DNA from: an uncultured Caulobacter sp.
Lineage (GTDB): Bacteria > Pseudomonadota > Alphaproteobacteria > Caulobacterales > Caulobacteraceae
Direction of reading: 5' to 3'
Assembly (NCBI GenBank): GCA_964427205.1
Contig: CAYRTE010000022.1
Span: 1,461 to 65,460 of the forward strand
DNA length: 64,000 nt
The notes beneath the pieces were generated by a model that was not told the origin of the DNA, did not search any database, and saw only the letters and a list, made by a program, of their open reading frames with translations. The translations under genes and the position numbers were made by a program. This document shows positions 21,711 to 31,124 of the stretch, in pieces; within the stretch, counting starts at the first letter, position 1; each line of letters begins with the position of its first letter.

Positions 21711-23780
21711 ATGTTCCGCGCCCTTCGGGACGAGACCGGCGCGAATCTGGATCGCTGGTTCCTGTGGAGCCCCGTCTGGTTCGGCCTGGGCGCGGCGGCC
21801 TATCTTGAAGCGCCCGTCGAGCCGTCGCTTCCGCCATTGGCCTTCCTGAGCGTGCTCGGCGTCATGCTGTGGTGGCTTGCTCGGTCTTCGAACAGGATCT
21901 TGCTCATCCTCGCCGCTCTGTTCGCCTTTGCGATGGCTGGGGGGCTGGCGGCGAAGATCCGCAGCGACAGGATCGCCGCGCCGGTCGTCGATGGCGAGCG
22001 CGCGCCCCGTCGGTTGGAAGGTTTCGTGGTCGATGTGGTCAGTCCGGGCGCGGGTGGGCCGCGACTGCTGATCGCTCCGGTCTCCATTGTCGGCCTAGCG
22101 CCAGCCGAGACGCCGAACAGAGTCCGGGTGACGGTAGATGCCCTCGACTTGCCGAAGCCGGGCGATGCCGTGCGACTGCGCGCCATCCTCGGTCCCCCGC
22201 CGCCTCCGGCCGCTCCTGGGTCCTATGACTTCGCCCGCGACGCCTGGTTCAACGCCGTGGGGGCTGTCGGGTTTTCATTGGGCGACATCGGTGAGGCGCA
22301 TCTGGACAAGCCACCCTGGCGGCTCCGGGTGGGCATGGCGGTCAACGCCTTCCGCTGGCGTCTGGCTCAGCGGATCGTCGCTCACATGGGCCCGGAGAGC
22401 GGAGGAATCGGCGCGGCGATGGTCACCGGCCACGAGACCTGGATCACGCCCGAGCAGACCGAGGCGATGCGCGCTTCGGGACTGGCCCACATCCTTTCGA
22501 TCTCAGGCCTGCACATGGCCATCGTCGGAGGCTTTGTCTTCGGCCTGACCCGACTTGGGATCGCGGCTTGGCCCTGGCTGGCCCTGCGCGCTCCAGGCAA
22601 GAAGATCGCCGCCATGGCCGGGCTCACAGCCGTGGCGACCTACCTCGTCATCTCTGGCGCGCCGCCGCCGGCCGAGCGCGCGGCGATCACCGCCAGCGTC
22701 GCCTTCGCCGCCATTCTGTTCGACCGTCAGGCCGTCACCCTCCACGGCCTGGCCCTGGCTGCGCTGATCATTCTGGCGCTTCAGCCAGAAGCGGCCGCCG
22801 CTCCTGGATTTCAGATGTCCTTCGCCGCGACGACAGCACTGATCGCTCTGGCCGAAGCCTGGCCAAGGCCGATGCGCGAAATCTCTGTGCCTTGGCCGAT
22901 CCGCGTAATCCAGGCCGCCGGCGCATGGCTGGCTGTCAGCATTGGCGCAAGCTTTGTCGCCGGACTGGCCACGGGCCCCTTCGCCATGCAGCACTTCAAC
23001 CGTGTGGCCATCTGGGGTTTGCCAGCCAATCTGATTGTCGCGCCGCTCTCGTCTTTCGTGATCATGCCGTTCCTGGCGTTGGGCACGGCCCTGGAGAGTA
23101 TCGGCTGGGGCGAGCCTTTCCTCTTGATCGCTGGCTGGGGCGTCGAGTCGATGGTCTCGGTGGCCCGCAAATTCGAGTCGATCGGCGGTCAGGCCGTCAT
23201 CGCCAGCGCGCCGCCATTCACCCTGGTCGTTGCATTCCTGGGCTTGATGATCCTCTGCCTCTGGAGCGGACGGCTCCGCTGGCTCGGCGCGCCCTTGGCC
23301 CTGGCTGTCGCCCTCTGGCCCCGACCTCCGGCGCCAGATGTCTGGATCGCCGCCGATGGCGCCACGGCCGCTGTTCGACAGGGCAAGGAGGCCATCCTCC
23401 TGCGGCCGGACAACCGCCGCTTTGGCGCTGAACTTTGGGCGCGCCGACGCGGATTGACGATCGGTGAACCGCATGGATTCGCGTGTTCGGCCTATGCCTG
23501 CCGGCCCCAAGGCGCCGCGCCCGTGGCCGTCGCCCTGTCATGGAGCCGCAAGGACACCCCGGCGCAAACGCTTGACGATCTTTGCTCAGGCGCCGAGATC
23601 GTTGTCCTGCGGGGAGGCTTCGCGGGTGCAACCCCGGCCGGGTGCGCCGATCGCATCGTCCTGACGGCGGAAGACTTCGCCATCGGTGGCGCTGCGGAAC
23701 TCTATCGACGAGGCGACGCATGGTGGATTGTATGGGCGCAGCCGCTGCGAGGGCAGCGCCCATGGTCGGCGTCGCGCTGA
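21711..23780 (+). CDS. comEC: ComEC/Rec2 family competence channel protein
   Basis: Polytopic membrane protein with the competence-domain pattern (...ASGLAHILSISGLHMAIVGG...). ATG 21711 was chosen; the ORF extension back to 21342 overlaps gltX. The C-terminal ~170 aa lack an HxHxDH motif. Confidence 0.8.
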   Translation: MFRALRDETGANLDRWFLWSPVWFGLGAAAYLEAPVEPSLPPLAFLSVLGVMLWWLARSSNRILLILAALFAFAMAGGLAAKIRSDRIAAPVVDGERAPRRLEGFVVDVVSPGAGGPRLLIAPVSIVGLAPAETPNRVRVTVDALDLPKPGDAVRLRAILGPPPPPAAPGSYDFARDAWFNAVGAVGFSLGDIGEAHLDKPPWRLRVGMAVNAFRWRLAQRIVAHMGPESGGIGAAMVTGHETWITPEQTEAMRASGLAHILSISGLHMAIVGGFVFGLTRLGIAAWPWLALRAPGKKIAAMAGLTAVATYLVISGAPPPAERAAITASVAFAAILFDRQAVTLHGLALAALIILALQPEAAAAPGFQMSFAATTALIALAEAWPRPMREISVPWPIRVIQAAGAWLAVSIGASFVAGLATGPFAMQHFNRVAIWGLPANLIVAPLSSFVIMPFLALGTALESIGWGEPFLLIAGWGVESMVSVARKFESIGGQAVIASAPPFTLVVAFLGLMILCLWSGRLRWLGAPLALAVALWPRPPAPDVWIAADGATAAVRQGKEAILLRPDNRRFGAELWARRRGLTIGEPHGFACSAYACRPQGAAPVAVALSWSRKDTPAQTLDDLCSGAEIVVLRGGFAGATPAGCADRIVLTAEDFAIGGAAELYRRGDAWWIVWAQPLRGQRPWSASR

Positions 23781-23841
23781 CAGTTGCTGCCACCCGTTGT
23801 CACGACCGGGCTGTATCTCTGAGGGAATTTCGGAGGATTTG

Positions 23842-24603
23842 ATGTCGTCGCACCAACTTGCCGCTCGCCGCGCCGCCTTTCGCGCCCTGCACGATGACGG
23901 CTGTTTTATCTTGCCCAATCCATGGGACGCTGGCGGCGCTAGGCGCCTCCAGAAGCTTGGCTTCAAAGCTCTGGCGTCAACCAGCGCCGGGGCGGCCTGG
24001 GCCTTGGGCCAGGACGATGGCGGCCTGACGTGCGATCAGGTGCTGGCGCATCTGAGCATGCTTTGCGCCGCGACCGATCTTCCGGTGAATGCCGACTTCG
24101 AGGCCGGTTTCGCGGACGAGCCAGAAGGGGTCTCCGAAAACGTTCGGCTCGCCCTCGGAACAGGGATCGCCGGCCTGTCCATCGAGGATCGCATCGGCCG
24201 CGACCTCTATGAACCGACGCTCGCAGTAGAGCGGATCAGGGCGGCGCGATCGGCGATCGACGCCAGCGGTGAGGATGTGATGCTGGTCGGGCGGACTGAA
24301 GGTTTCCTGATCGGGCGCAAGGACATCTCGGCGACCATCGATCGTCTTGTCGCCTATGCCGAAGCCGGCGCCGACTGCCTCTACGCGCCCGGGGTGATCG
24401 ACGTGGCGTCGGTGGCCGAGATCGTCAAGGCCGTCGCGCCCAGGCCGGTGAACGTCCTGATGGCGTGGCCGGGTCAGGCCGTCCAGCCCCTGGCGGATGT
24501 CGGTGTGCGTCGGGTCAGCGTCGGCGCGGCTCTGGCGGGGGCTGCTTGGGCGGGGTTTGACGTCGCGGCGAAGATGCTGGCTGAAGAGGGAAGGCTGCCC
24601 TAG
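23842..24603 (+). CDS. Isocitrate lyase/PEP mutase superfamily protein (2-methylisocitrate lyase-like)
   Basis: FRALHDDGCFILPNPWDAGGARRLQKLGFKALASTSAG N-terminus and ...GLSIEDR.... ATG 23842 is preceded by ggagga. Confidence 0.75.
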   Translation: MSSHQLAARRAAFRALHDDGCFILPNPWDAGGARRLQKLGFKALASTSAGAAWALGQDDGGLTCDQVLAHLSMLCAATDLPVNADFEAGFADEPEGVSENVRLALGTGIAGLSIEDRIGRDLYEPTLAVERIRAARSAIDASGEDVMLVGRTEGFLIGRKDISATIDRLVAYAEAGADCLYAPGVIDVASVAEIVKAVAPRPVNVLMAWPGQAVQPLADVGVRRVSVGAALAGAAWAGFDVAAKMLAEEGRLP

Positions 24604-25238
24604 ACGCGCAGCGCCTGATCGATGGCTTCAGCGATCCGTTCAGGCGATTCGGCCCCGACGACCGCGACCTTGCCGCCGAAGATCACATAGGGCACGCCGG
24701 TTACGCCGCCCTGCACCGCCATGGAATGCTCGCGCGTCACGGATTCCTTGTCTGCGCCTTCGGACAGCAGTTGCAGCACCACCAGCCGCTCCATGCCGGC
24801 GGCTTCGGCGATATCGGCCAGCACCATGGGATCGCCAATATCGAGGCCCTGGGTGAAATAGGCGGCGAACAGGCCCTCGACCACTGCATCCTGGACGCCC
24901 GCGGTCAGCGCCCAGCGGATCAACCGATGGGCGGCGTTGGTATTGGGAGACTTGTCGATGATCTCGAAATTGAACGTGATTCCGTCATCGGCCCCGCCAG
25001 AGACCAGGGCCTCATGGACGGCCTTCAGGCGTTGCGGGTCCTTGAACTTGGCCGCCATGTAGGCCCTGCGATCGACCCCCTCCTCGGGAAGCGTCGGGTC
25101 CAGTTGGTAGGGCCTCCAGATGAGCTTGGCCTCGATATCCGGGCGCAGGGCCACGGCGGCCTTCACGCGCCGCCAGCCCAGATAGCACCACGGGCAGACA
25201 ACGTCGGCGACCACATCCACGATCATCGGCTGGCTCAT
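24600..25238 (-). CDS. DsbA/FrnE-like thiol:disulfide oxidoreductase
   Basis: CPWC active-site motif near the N-terminus (DVVCPWCYLGW); ...GVTGVPYVIFGG... near the C-terminus. Confidence 0.8.
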   Translation of the reverse strand: MSQPMIVDVVADVVCPWCYLGWRRVKAAVALRPDIEAKLIWRPYQLDPTLPEEGVDRRAYMAAKFKDPQRLKAVHEALVSGGADDGITFNFEIIDKSPNTNAAHRLIRWALTAGVQDAVVEGLFAAYFTQGLDIGDPMVLADIAEAAGMERLVVLQLLSEGADKESVTREHSMAVQGGVTGVPYVIFGGKVAVVGAESPERIAEAIDQALRV

Positions 25239-25246
25239 CGCGGTCC

Positions 25247-26572
25247 TCAGCTGGCTTCGCGTTGCAAGGCCCGGGCGGCGGCCCGTTCGAGCGCCTTGAC
25301 CGGCCCTTCGCCGGCTTCGATCTGCGAGACGCCGATGTCGAACTCGCAGACGAACGGCGGCCGGTCTTCGCCGGCGTCGAAGGCCGTGCAGCCGATGACC
25401 GCGGCGATCCGTTCGGCGGCGGCGCGGGCGGCGTTCTGATTGGTGGCGGGCAGGGCCAGGGCGAAAACCTCGGGCGCCAGGCGAGCGGCCGTGTCCTCGA
25501 CGCGGACCAGGCGGCCGACCATTGAGCCGATCTGGGGTATGGCGCGGTCCAGCCAGCCGTTCTGACGCGCCCAGACGGTCTCGGGTTTGTCGGCGACCCT
25601 CAGGACGCAGATCGAAAGCGGCCGGGAGCGTTCGCGCGCGGCGGCTGTCAGGCGAGCCAGATGGGCGGCGAACAGATCTCGCGTGAAGAGGCCGGTGGCC
25701 GCATCCATGAGGCCGGAGCTGCGCGCCTTCTCCAGCGCTCCGCGAATAGACTCGCCGCGCCGATAGTTGCGAGCCAGCTCCATCACGCGGCGCGCGGTCT
25801 CGACTTCGGGGGTTTCTGGCGAAGCAACGTCTGAAACACCCCGGTGGAACGCCTCCGACATCGTCACATAGCTCTCGGCCTTCAGATAAAGCATGGCCGG
25901 GATATGGAAGAGGCGGGTGTTGCGACGCATGCCTGCGGCGATCGACAGGGCTTCCTGCTGATTATCGCCAGCCCAGAGCACCACGGAGTCAAAAGCCCGC
26001 TCGTGCAGGTAATCGAAGGCCGTATAGGCCGTGAAGGCGCCAACCACCTCTGCGCCGCTGCGCCTGAGAGCGTTGGACAGGGCCAGGAACTGGGGGGCCG
26101 GTTCGCCGACCGCCAGGATGCGGAACGGCGAGGGCTGAGGTTCCGGCAGGTCCATCCGGCGGCCGCGCTCGCCGAAGGTCTCGAGCCGCAACTCGAACTC
26201 TTCCTCGGCGATCGCCGTGCGAACCAGTGACTCAAGCCGTAGAGCCGCCTGGGACGGATGGAGTGGCGGCGAAAGGGTCAGATCGAAGGCCTGGCTCTGG
26301 GGTCCTCCATCGAGCTCACCAATGGCGATGACGGGTAAACGGCGCGGCGCGACGGCGGCCTTCAGGCGTCGGGCTAGCGATTGGGTGTCGGGACCTGCGC
26401 TGGCGAGGTCGACGATCACAGCCTCGATTGGCAGGTCGCCAAGCGCTGCGAGGGCGGCATAAGGCCCTCGCGCGGTGATGGTCCGCCAGCCAAGCCGGTC
26501 CAGCCCCTCGGCCAACGGGCCGGCGCGCAGGTCGTCGCGCGCCACGATCAGGATTCGGGCGTCAACCGCCAC
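25247..26572 (-). CDS. PopA/PleD-like REC-REC-GGDEF protein with degenerate active site (putative c-di-GMP effector)
   Basis: Receiver 1 has Asp55 in AVIVDLAS. Receiver 2 lacks the acceptor Asp (SVVLWAGD). The GGDEF domain has APEVF (366-370) in place of GG(D/E)EF, while an RxxD motif (R357-VED) sits 5 residues upstream. GTG start. Confidence 0.75.
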   Translation of the reverse strand: MAVDARILIVARDDLRAGPLAEGLDRLGWRTITARGPYAALAALGDLPIEAVIVDLASAGPDTQSLARRLKAAVAPRRLPVIAIGELDGGPQSQAFDLTLSPPLHPSQAALRLESLVRTAIAEEEFELRLETFGERGRRMDLPEPQPSPFRILAVGEPAPQFLALSNALRRSGAEVVGAFTAYTAFDYLHERAFDSVVLWAGDNQQEALSIAAGMRRNTRLFHIPAMLYLKAESYVTMSEAFHRGVSDVASPETPEVETARRVMELARNYRRGESIRGALEKARSSGLMDAATGLFTRDLFAAHLARLTAAARERSRPLSICVLRVADKPETVWARQNGWLDRAIPQIGSMVGRLVRVEDTAARLAPEVFALALPATNQNAARAAAERIAAVIGCTAFDAGEDRPPFVCEFDIGVSQIEAGEGPVKALERAAARALQREAS

Positions 26573-26836
26573 ACTCTACCTCCGCCCGAAATCCAACAAA
26601 CGACGGCCGCACTCGGCCGTCGGGATTCGACATCGCAACATAGCAGAGGCGCTCACGGGTGATAGGGACGCAACGTCGCGTCGGTGTGGGCAAATTGCTT
26701 TTGAACAATCGCATGCGCGATGTCTCCTCGCACGTCATCTCCAAGCCCTGTCGCCAACAGCCGCTTGCATGACCGAACGTCAGGACCTTTCTAGTCGGCC
26801 CAACGACTGCGCCGAAGAGTCGATGAGGAGACCACC

Positions 26837-27967
26837 ATGGGCCAAGGGCCACTTTCAGGACTGAAGATCGTCGAGTTCGCGGGCATCGGTCCTGGTCCGT
26901 TCTGCGGCATGCTGCTGTCCGACCTTGGCGCTGACGTGATCCGGATCGACCGCAAGGGGCAGGGGCGAGGGGGTTCGCCAGCCGACGTGACCGCGCGGGG
27001 ACGCCGGTCGGTGGCGCTGGATCTCAAACAGCCGGCTTCCATCGAGGCCTGCCTCAAGCTGCTTGAAAGCGCAGATGGCCTGATCGAGGGCTTTCGGCCG
27101 GGCGTGATGGAGCGCCTGGGCCTTGGCCCGGATGTGGCGCTGGCCCGCAATCCCAAGCTTGTCTATGGCCGCATGACCGGATGGGGGCAGTTTGGCCCTT
27201 ACGCCAAGGCCGCCGGCCACGACATGAACTACATCGCCATCACCGGGGCGCTGGACGCCATTGGCACCACGGATAAGCCGGTGCCGCCCTTGAATCTGGT
27301 TGGCGACTTTGGCGGCGGGGCACTCTATCTGGCGTTCGGACTGCTGGCCGGCGTGATCCATGCCCGGGCCACAGGGCAGGGTCAGACGATCGACTGCGCC
27401 ATGAGCGATGGCGCCGCCTCGCTGATGGCCATGTTCTACGGCTTCAAGGCCGGCGGCATGTGGAGCGAAGGGCGCCGGTCCAATCTGCTCGATGGCGGCG
27501 CACATTTCTACGACACCTATCAGTGTAGCGATGGCGGCTGGATTTCGATCGGGTCGATCGAGCCACAGTTCTATCTGCTTCTCCTTGAAAAGACTGGGAT
27601 CACCGATCCGCAGTTCCAGCACCAGATGAGCCGCGATGAGTGGCCCGAGCTGCGGGACAAGCTCGCCGCCGTGATCCGGACCAAGACCCGTGATGAATGG
27701 TGCGACCTGATGGATGGCACGGACGTCTGTTTCGCGCCGGTCCTGTCGATGGCGGAGGCGCCCACGCACGCTCACAATGCCGCCCGGGAAACCTTCGTTG
27801 AGGTGGCTGGCGTGGTGCAACCCGCGCCCGCGCCACGTTTCTCGGCGACACCCGGAAAGATACAGGGACCTCCGCCCTCGGTCGGTGGCGACAACGACAC
27901 CGCGCTGGCGGACTGGGGCTTTTCCGCTGAGGCGATCGCGAACCTGAAGACCAGCGGCGCGCTCTGA
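26837..27967 (+). CDS. CaiB/BaiF family III CoA-transferase (alpha-methylacyl-CoA racemase-like)
   Basis: N-terminus [36 protein letters not shown] is typical of the family. Confidence 0.85.
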   Translation: MGQGPLSGLKIVEFAGIGPGPFCGMLLSDLGADVIRIDRKGQGRGGSPADVTARGRRSVALDLKQPASIEACLKLLESADGLIEGFRPGVMERLGLGPDVALARNPKLVYGRMTGWGQFGPYAKAAGHDMNYIAITGALDAIGTTDKPVPPLNLVGDFGGGALYLAFGLLAGVIHARATGQGQTIDCAMSDGAASLMAMFYGFKAGGMWSEGRRSNLLDGGAHFYDTYQCSDGGWISIGSIEPQFYLLLLEKTGITDPQFQHQMSRDEWPELRDKLAAVIRTKTRDEWCDLMDGTDVCFAPVLSMAEAPTHAHNAARETFVEVAGVVQPAPAPRFSATPGKIQGPPPSVGGDNDTALADWGFSAEAIANLKTSGAL

Positions 27968-28182
27968 AAGCTGTCGGCCAGGCTATCGATGTCGTTCAGC
28001 GTGGGTTCAGCCGCCGGTCACTAGGTTGATCACGTACCGGGCGTTGCGCCATCCGTCCCTCGATGTGGCGTTCGGTTTCAGGCTTGTCCTGCGGAGACGC
28101 GTCGCCTTCCCTGAGGCGGCGCGTCTTTGTCGTTTGGCCCCCGGGGTTGCGCCGGGCGAAGAGCGCGGGCAGGTTCCCGCCG

Positions 28183-29130
28183 ATGCAAGACCCCCAACCC
28201 ATCCGCTGGCGCGACCTGGATCTGGATCCGATCCACTGGGCGCGCGAGGTGCTGCGCGTCCTGGGCCTTGCCCTGTCCCGGATCTGGGGCCGCGACGTCA
28301 TGCTCTATGTCGGCGGCGTATCGTTCTTCGCCCTGCTGGCGGTGTTTCCGGGTCTAGCGATTCTCATCGGCCTCTACAGCCTTCTGCTGACCCCGCAGCA
28401 GGCCGCCGCCCAGGCGGAAAATCTCGCGGAACTGATGCCATCGGGTGCGCGGGCCATGTTCGAAAGTGAGCTCACCCGTATCGCCCACGCGCCTGAACAG
28501 GCGGTTTCGGCCCAGAGCGCGGTCGTTCTGGTCATCGGCGCCTATGCCGCCCATCGCGGTTTCAAGGCCCTGTTGGCCGGTCTGTCGTTCATTCACGACG
28601 AAGAAGACCAGCGCGGCTTTGTCGGCTTCAACCTGATGGCCCTGTTCGTGTTGATCGCCGCCTTTGGCCTCCTGTTCGTGATGTCCGGCATTTTTCTGAT
28701 TTTCCGGGTGCTCGGCAGCGCGCTCCATCTGCGCCCGCTCGAGGGCGTTCCGTGGATCCAGAGCGAGTGGACCTGGGCCAGCCTGGGTGTCGTGATCGGC
28801 ATGACGCTGATCTATCGCTACGCCATGTCGCGCGCGCCCGTCGGCTGGCGGGCTTCGACCGCCGGCGGCGTCGCCGCGGCGGTCCTTTGCCTGTTCATGT
28901 CCTCAGCCAGCGCCTTCTATGTCGACAAGGTCGCCCAGCTGGGCGCCACCTATGGCTCGATCTCGGCGGTGATCATCTTCCTGATCTGGTTGTCGTGGAG
29001 CGTGAACGCCATCTTCCTGGGCGGCGCCTTGGCCACGGAGGTGGAGATCGCTCTGGATGAACGCCCCCGCGCTCTCGTAGAAGGACCGCGAGGCGTGACG
29101 CTCAAGACGCCTTCAGCACCAGAAAGCTAA
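28183..29130 (+). CDS. YihY/BrkB (ribonuclease BN-like) family membrane protein
   Basis: ...MLYVGGVSFFALLAVFPGLA... and about 6 TM segments. ATG 28183 is preferred over the ORF opening at 28063. Confidence 0.8.
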   Translation: MQDPQPIRWRDLDLDPIHWAREVLRVLGLALSRIWGRDVMLYVGGVSFFALLAVFPGLAILIGLYSLLLTPQQAAAQAENLAELMPSGARAMFESELTRIAHAPEQAVSAQSAVVLVIGAYAAHRGFKALLAGLSFIHDEEDQRGFVGFNLMALFVLIAAFGLLFVMSGIFLIFRVLGSALHLRPLEGVPWIQSEWTWASLGVVIGMTLIYRYAMSRAPVGWRASTAGGVAAAVLCLFMSSASAFYVDKVAQLGATYGSISAVIIFLIWLSWSVNAIFLGGALATEVEIALDERPRALVEGPRGVTLKTPSAPES

Positions 29131-29341
29131 CCGCGCCGGCGTCTTCATCGGTGATCGCAACAACCGTTGCGCCGATGCTAGCGGCGAAGTGCGGCACGTC
29201 GATACGCGCCAGCGGATCGTCGGCGATCAGTCGCACCTCACCACCCGCGGGCGCGGCCTCCAGGGCCCGCCTCAGGCGCAGGGTCGGCACGGGGCAGCGA
29301 TGTCCCCGGGCGTCGACGAGGACGGGATCACTCATCGCCAA
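29102..29341 (-). CDS. TusA/SirA family sulfurtransferase-like protein
   Basis: 79 aa with DARGHRCPVP (CPxP motif). Its 3' end overlaps the convergent yihY-like gene by 29 nt. Confidence 0.75.
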   Translation of the reverse strand: MAMSDPVLVDARGHRCPVPTLRLRRALEAAPAGGEVRLIADDPLARIDVPHFAASIGATVVAITDEDAGAVSFLVLKAS

Positions 29342-30053
29342 AGACCCTCTCGGCCTCGGCGGCCGTCAGGATTCGATGCTGTCCAGGCTCGAGATCGCCG
29401 GGCAGGACCAAGCCACCGATGCGCTCCCTGTGAAGCTCGAGCACGTGGTTTCCTGTCGCCGCGAACATGCGCCGAACCTGATGATATCGGCCTTCGGTGA
29501 TGGTGAGGCGGGCATGATGAGGATCGATCACGACGAGGTCCGCCGGCAGCAGGGGTTTTTCCTCGCCTTCCAGCATCAGCTCGCCTGCAGCGAACAGCGC
29601 GCCTTCCGCGCCGCTCAGCGGGCGGTCGAGCGTCGCCAGATAGGTCTTGGGCACATGGCGCTTGGGCGAGATCACCCGATGCAGATAGTCGCCATCGTCC
29701 GTGATCAGGATCAGGCCAGAGGTGTCCTTGTCGAGCCGTCCCACGGTCGACAGCCCCGGATCCCGAATGCGCCAGCGACGGGGAAGCAGGTCATAGATCC
29801 GTTCGCCGTCTTCCTTGTGCGAACAGACCACGCCCAGTGGCTTGTGCATCAGCAGAACCAGCGGCGCGGGCGGATCGACCGGCGCCCCCCGGATGGTCAT
29901 GCGTTCGGGGAGGTCGGCTGTGACGGCGACCTTGGCCCCGATGTCCTTCAGGATATTGCCGTCCAGCACGACCTTGCCGCTGGAAATCAGCGCCTGAACG
30001 TCCTTGCGGCTGCCATAGCCCAGATTGGCCAGCAGCCTGTCCAGCCGCGCCAT
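29328..30053 (-). CDS. rsuA: RsuA family 16S rRNA pseudouridine synthase
   Basis: S4-like N-terminus MARLDRLLANLGYGSRKD and catalytic GRLDKDTSGL motif. An alternative GTG start at 30068 overlaps the upstream stop. Confidence 0.85.
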   Translation of the reverse strand: MARLDRLLANLGYGSRKDVQALISSGKVVLDGNILKDIGAKVAVTADLPERMTIRGAPVDPPAPLVLLMHKPLGVVCSHKEDGERIYDLLPRRWRIRDPGLSTVGRLDKDTSGLILITDDGDYLHRVISPKRHVPKTYLATLDRPLSGAEGALFAAGELMLEGEEKPLLPADLVVIDPHHARLTITEGRYHQVRRMFAATGNHVLELHRERIGGLVLPGDLEPGQHRILTAAEAERVFGDE

Positions 30054-30064
30054 CAGGGCCTTGG

Positions 30065-30976
30065 TCACTTGCGGGCCTCGTAGACCTTGTAGCCGTTGGT
30101 CTCGCCGGCGAGCCGCACCTTGGTGAAATGCTCGTTCAGGATCGCTTCGTAGGGAAGGTGGCGATTGGCCACTAGCCACAGATCGCCGCCCTTGCGCAGG
30201 CTGGCGGCGGCCGTCTTGATGAAGGCCTGCCCCAGTGACCTGTCCTCACCGCCGGTCTCATGAAACGGAGGGTTGGTGACGACGAAGTCGAGCTTGTCCA
30301 GCGATGTGGCGGCCTGGCGGGCATCGTCCCAGACGAACTCCGCGCGATGGTCCTCGATATTGCGGCAAGCCGCGTCGATGGCCCGACGATCCAGATCGAT
30401 CAGCGTCAACTTGGTGACCTTCGGCGAGGCCAGAACACCGCGGGCCAGCCAGCCGATGCCGCATCCGAAGTCGGCGCCGGCACCAGAAAGCGGCGGCAAG
30501 GTCTTCAGTAGCAGAGCCGTGCCCGGATCCAGCCGGTCCCAGCTGAAGACGCCCGGCTGCGTCCACAGGTCGTCGGAAGCGCGGCGCGGCGCACCCGCCT
30601 CGATCGCCGCTTCAAGCCCGACAGGCTCGGCGGGGCGAAGAGCGACGCAGATGCGATTGTGTTTCTTGGCGCTTTCGCCGACCACGCAACCGAAGGCCTC
30701 AAGCTCCTTCTTCAGTCGCAGTCCGCCACGATCCTTTGGACCAAACACCGTCAGGCGGCCGTCGATGGCCAGGGTCCTCAGCGCATGCGCGAGGGCGAAC
30801 CGACGCTCCACCACGCCCGCCGGCGCCCGAATCGCGAAAGCGTCCAGCGACTGGTCCGGGATCGAAGCCAGATCGACTGCCCCGACCACCAGGGGAGAGG
30901 CCTGGATCGCGTCCGAGGCGACAGGCGCCAGATCGTGATCGGCCGGGCCGTAGAACGCGGTGCGAGCTGTAGACAT
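30065..30976 (-). CDS. Class I SAM-dependent rRNA methyltransferase (RsmC/RlmG-like, MTS domain)
   Basis: DFGCGIGWLA SAM motif and VTNPPFH catalytic motif. ATG 30976 was chosen because the ORF extension to 31075 runs through the tRNA gene. Confidence 0.8.
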   Translation of the reverse strand: MSTARTAFYGPADHDLAPVASDAIQASPLVVGAVDLASIPDQSLDAFAIRAPAGVVERRFALAHALRTLAIDGRLTVFGPKDRGGLRLKKELEAFGCVVGESAKKHNRICVALRPAEPVGLEAAIEAGAPRRASDDLWTQPGVFSWDRLDPGTALLLKTLPPLSGAGADFGCGIGWLARGVLASPKVTKLTLIDLDRRAIDAACRNIEDHRAEFVWDDARQAATSLDKLDFVVTNPPFHETGGEDRSLGQAFIKTAAASLRKGGDLWLVANRHLPYEAILNEHFTKVRLAGETNGYKVYEARK

Positions 30977-31034
30977 TGGAATCCTGGACTTCCGCCGCGC
31001 CGGATTCTGCGAGTCCAGCGCGGCGGGGAAGGGG

Positions 31035-31124
31035 TGGCGGACAGAGTGGGATTCGAACCCACGGTAGACTTTCACCTACGGCGGTTTTCAAGACCGCTGC
31101 CTTAAACCACTCGGCCATCTGTCC
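31035..31124 (-). tRNA. tRNA-Ser (anticodon UGA)
   Basis: The reverse complement reads GGACAGATGGCCGAGTGGTTTAAGGCAGCGGTCTTGAAAACCGCCGTAGGTGAAAGTCTACCGTGGGTTCGAATCCCACTCTGTCCGCCA. It has a 7-bp acceptor stem, long variable arm, GGTTCGAATCC T-loop, CT-TGA-AA anticodon loop and encoded CCA. Confidence 0.95.

Noticed and set aside
30977-31075. N-terminal extension of the methyltransferase ORF (MKVYRGFESHSVRH...)
   Set aside because: The extension is simply the translation of the tRNA-Ser gene; GFESH is the classic T-loop GGTTCGAATCC read as protein. The internal ATG at 30976 gives a normal N-terminus.
31035-31124. tRNA-Ser as a possible genomic-island integration site
   Set aside because: There is no integrase, no phage or conjugative genes, and no direct repeat of the tRNA 3' end on either side. 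The flanking genes are housekeeping (rRNA modification, rlpA, tmk).
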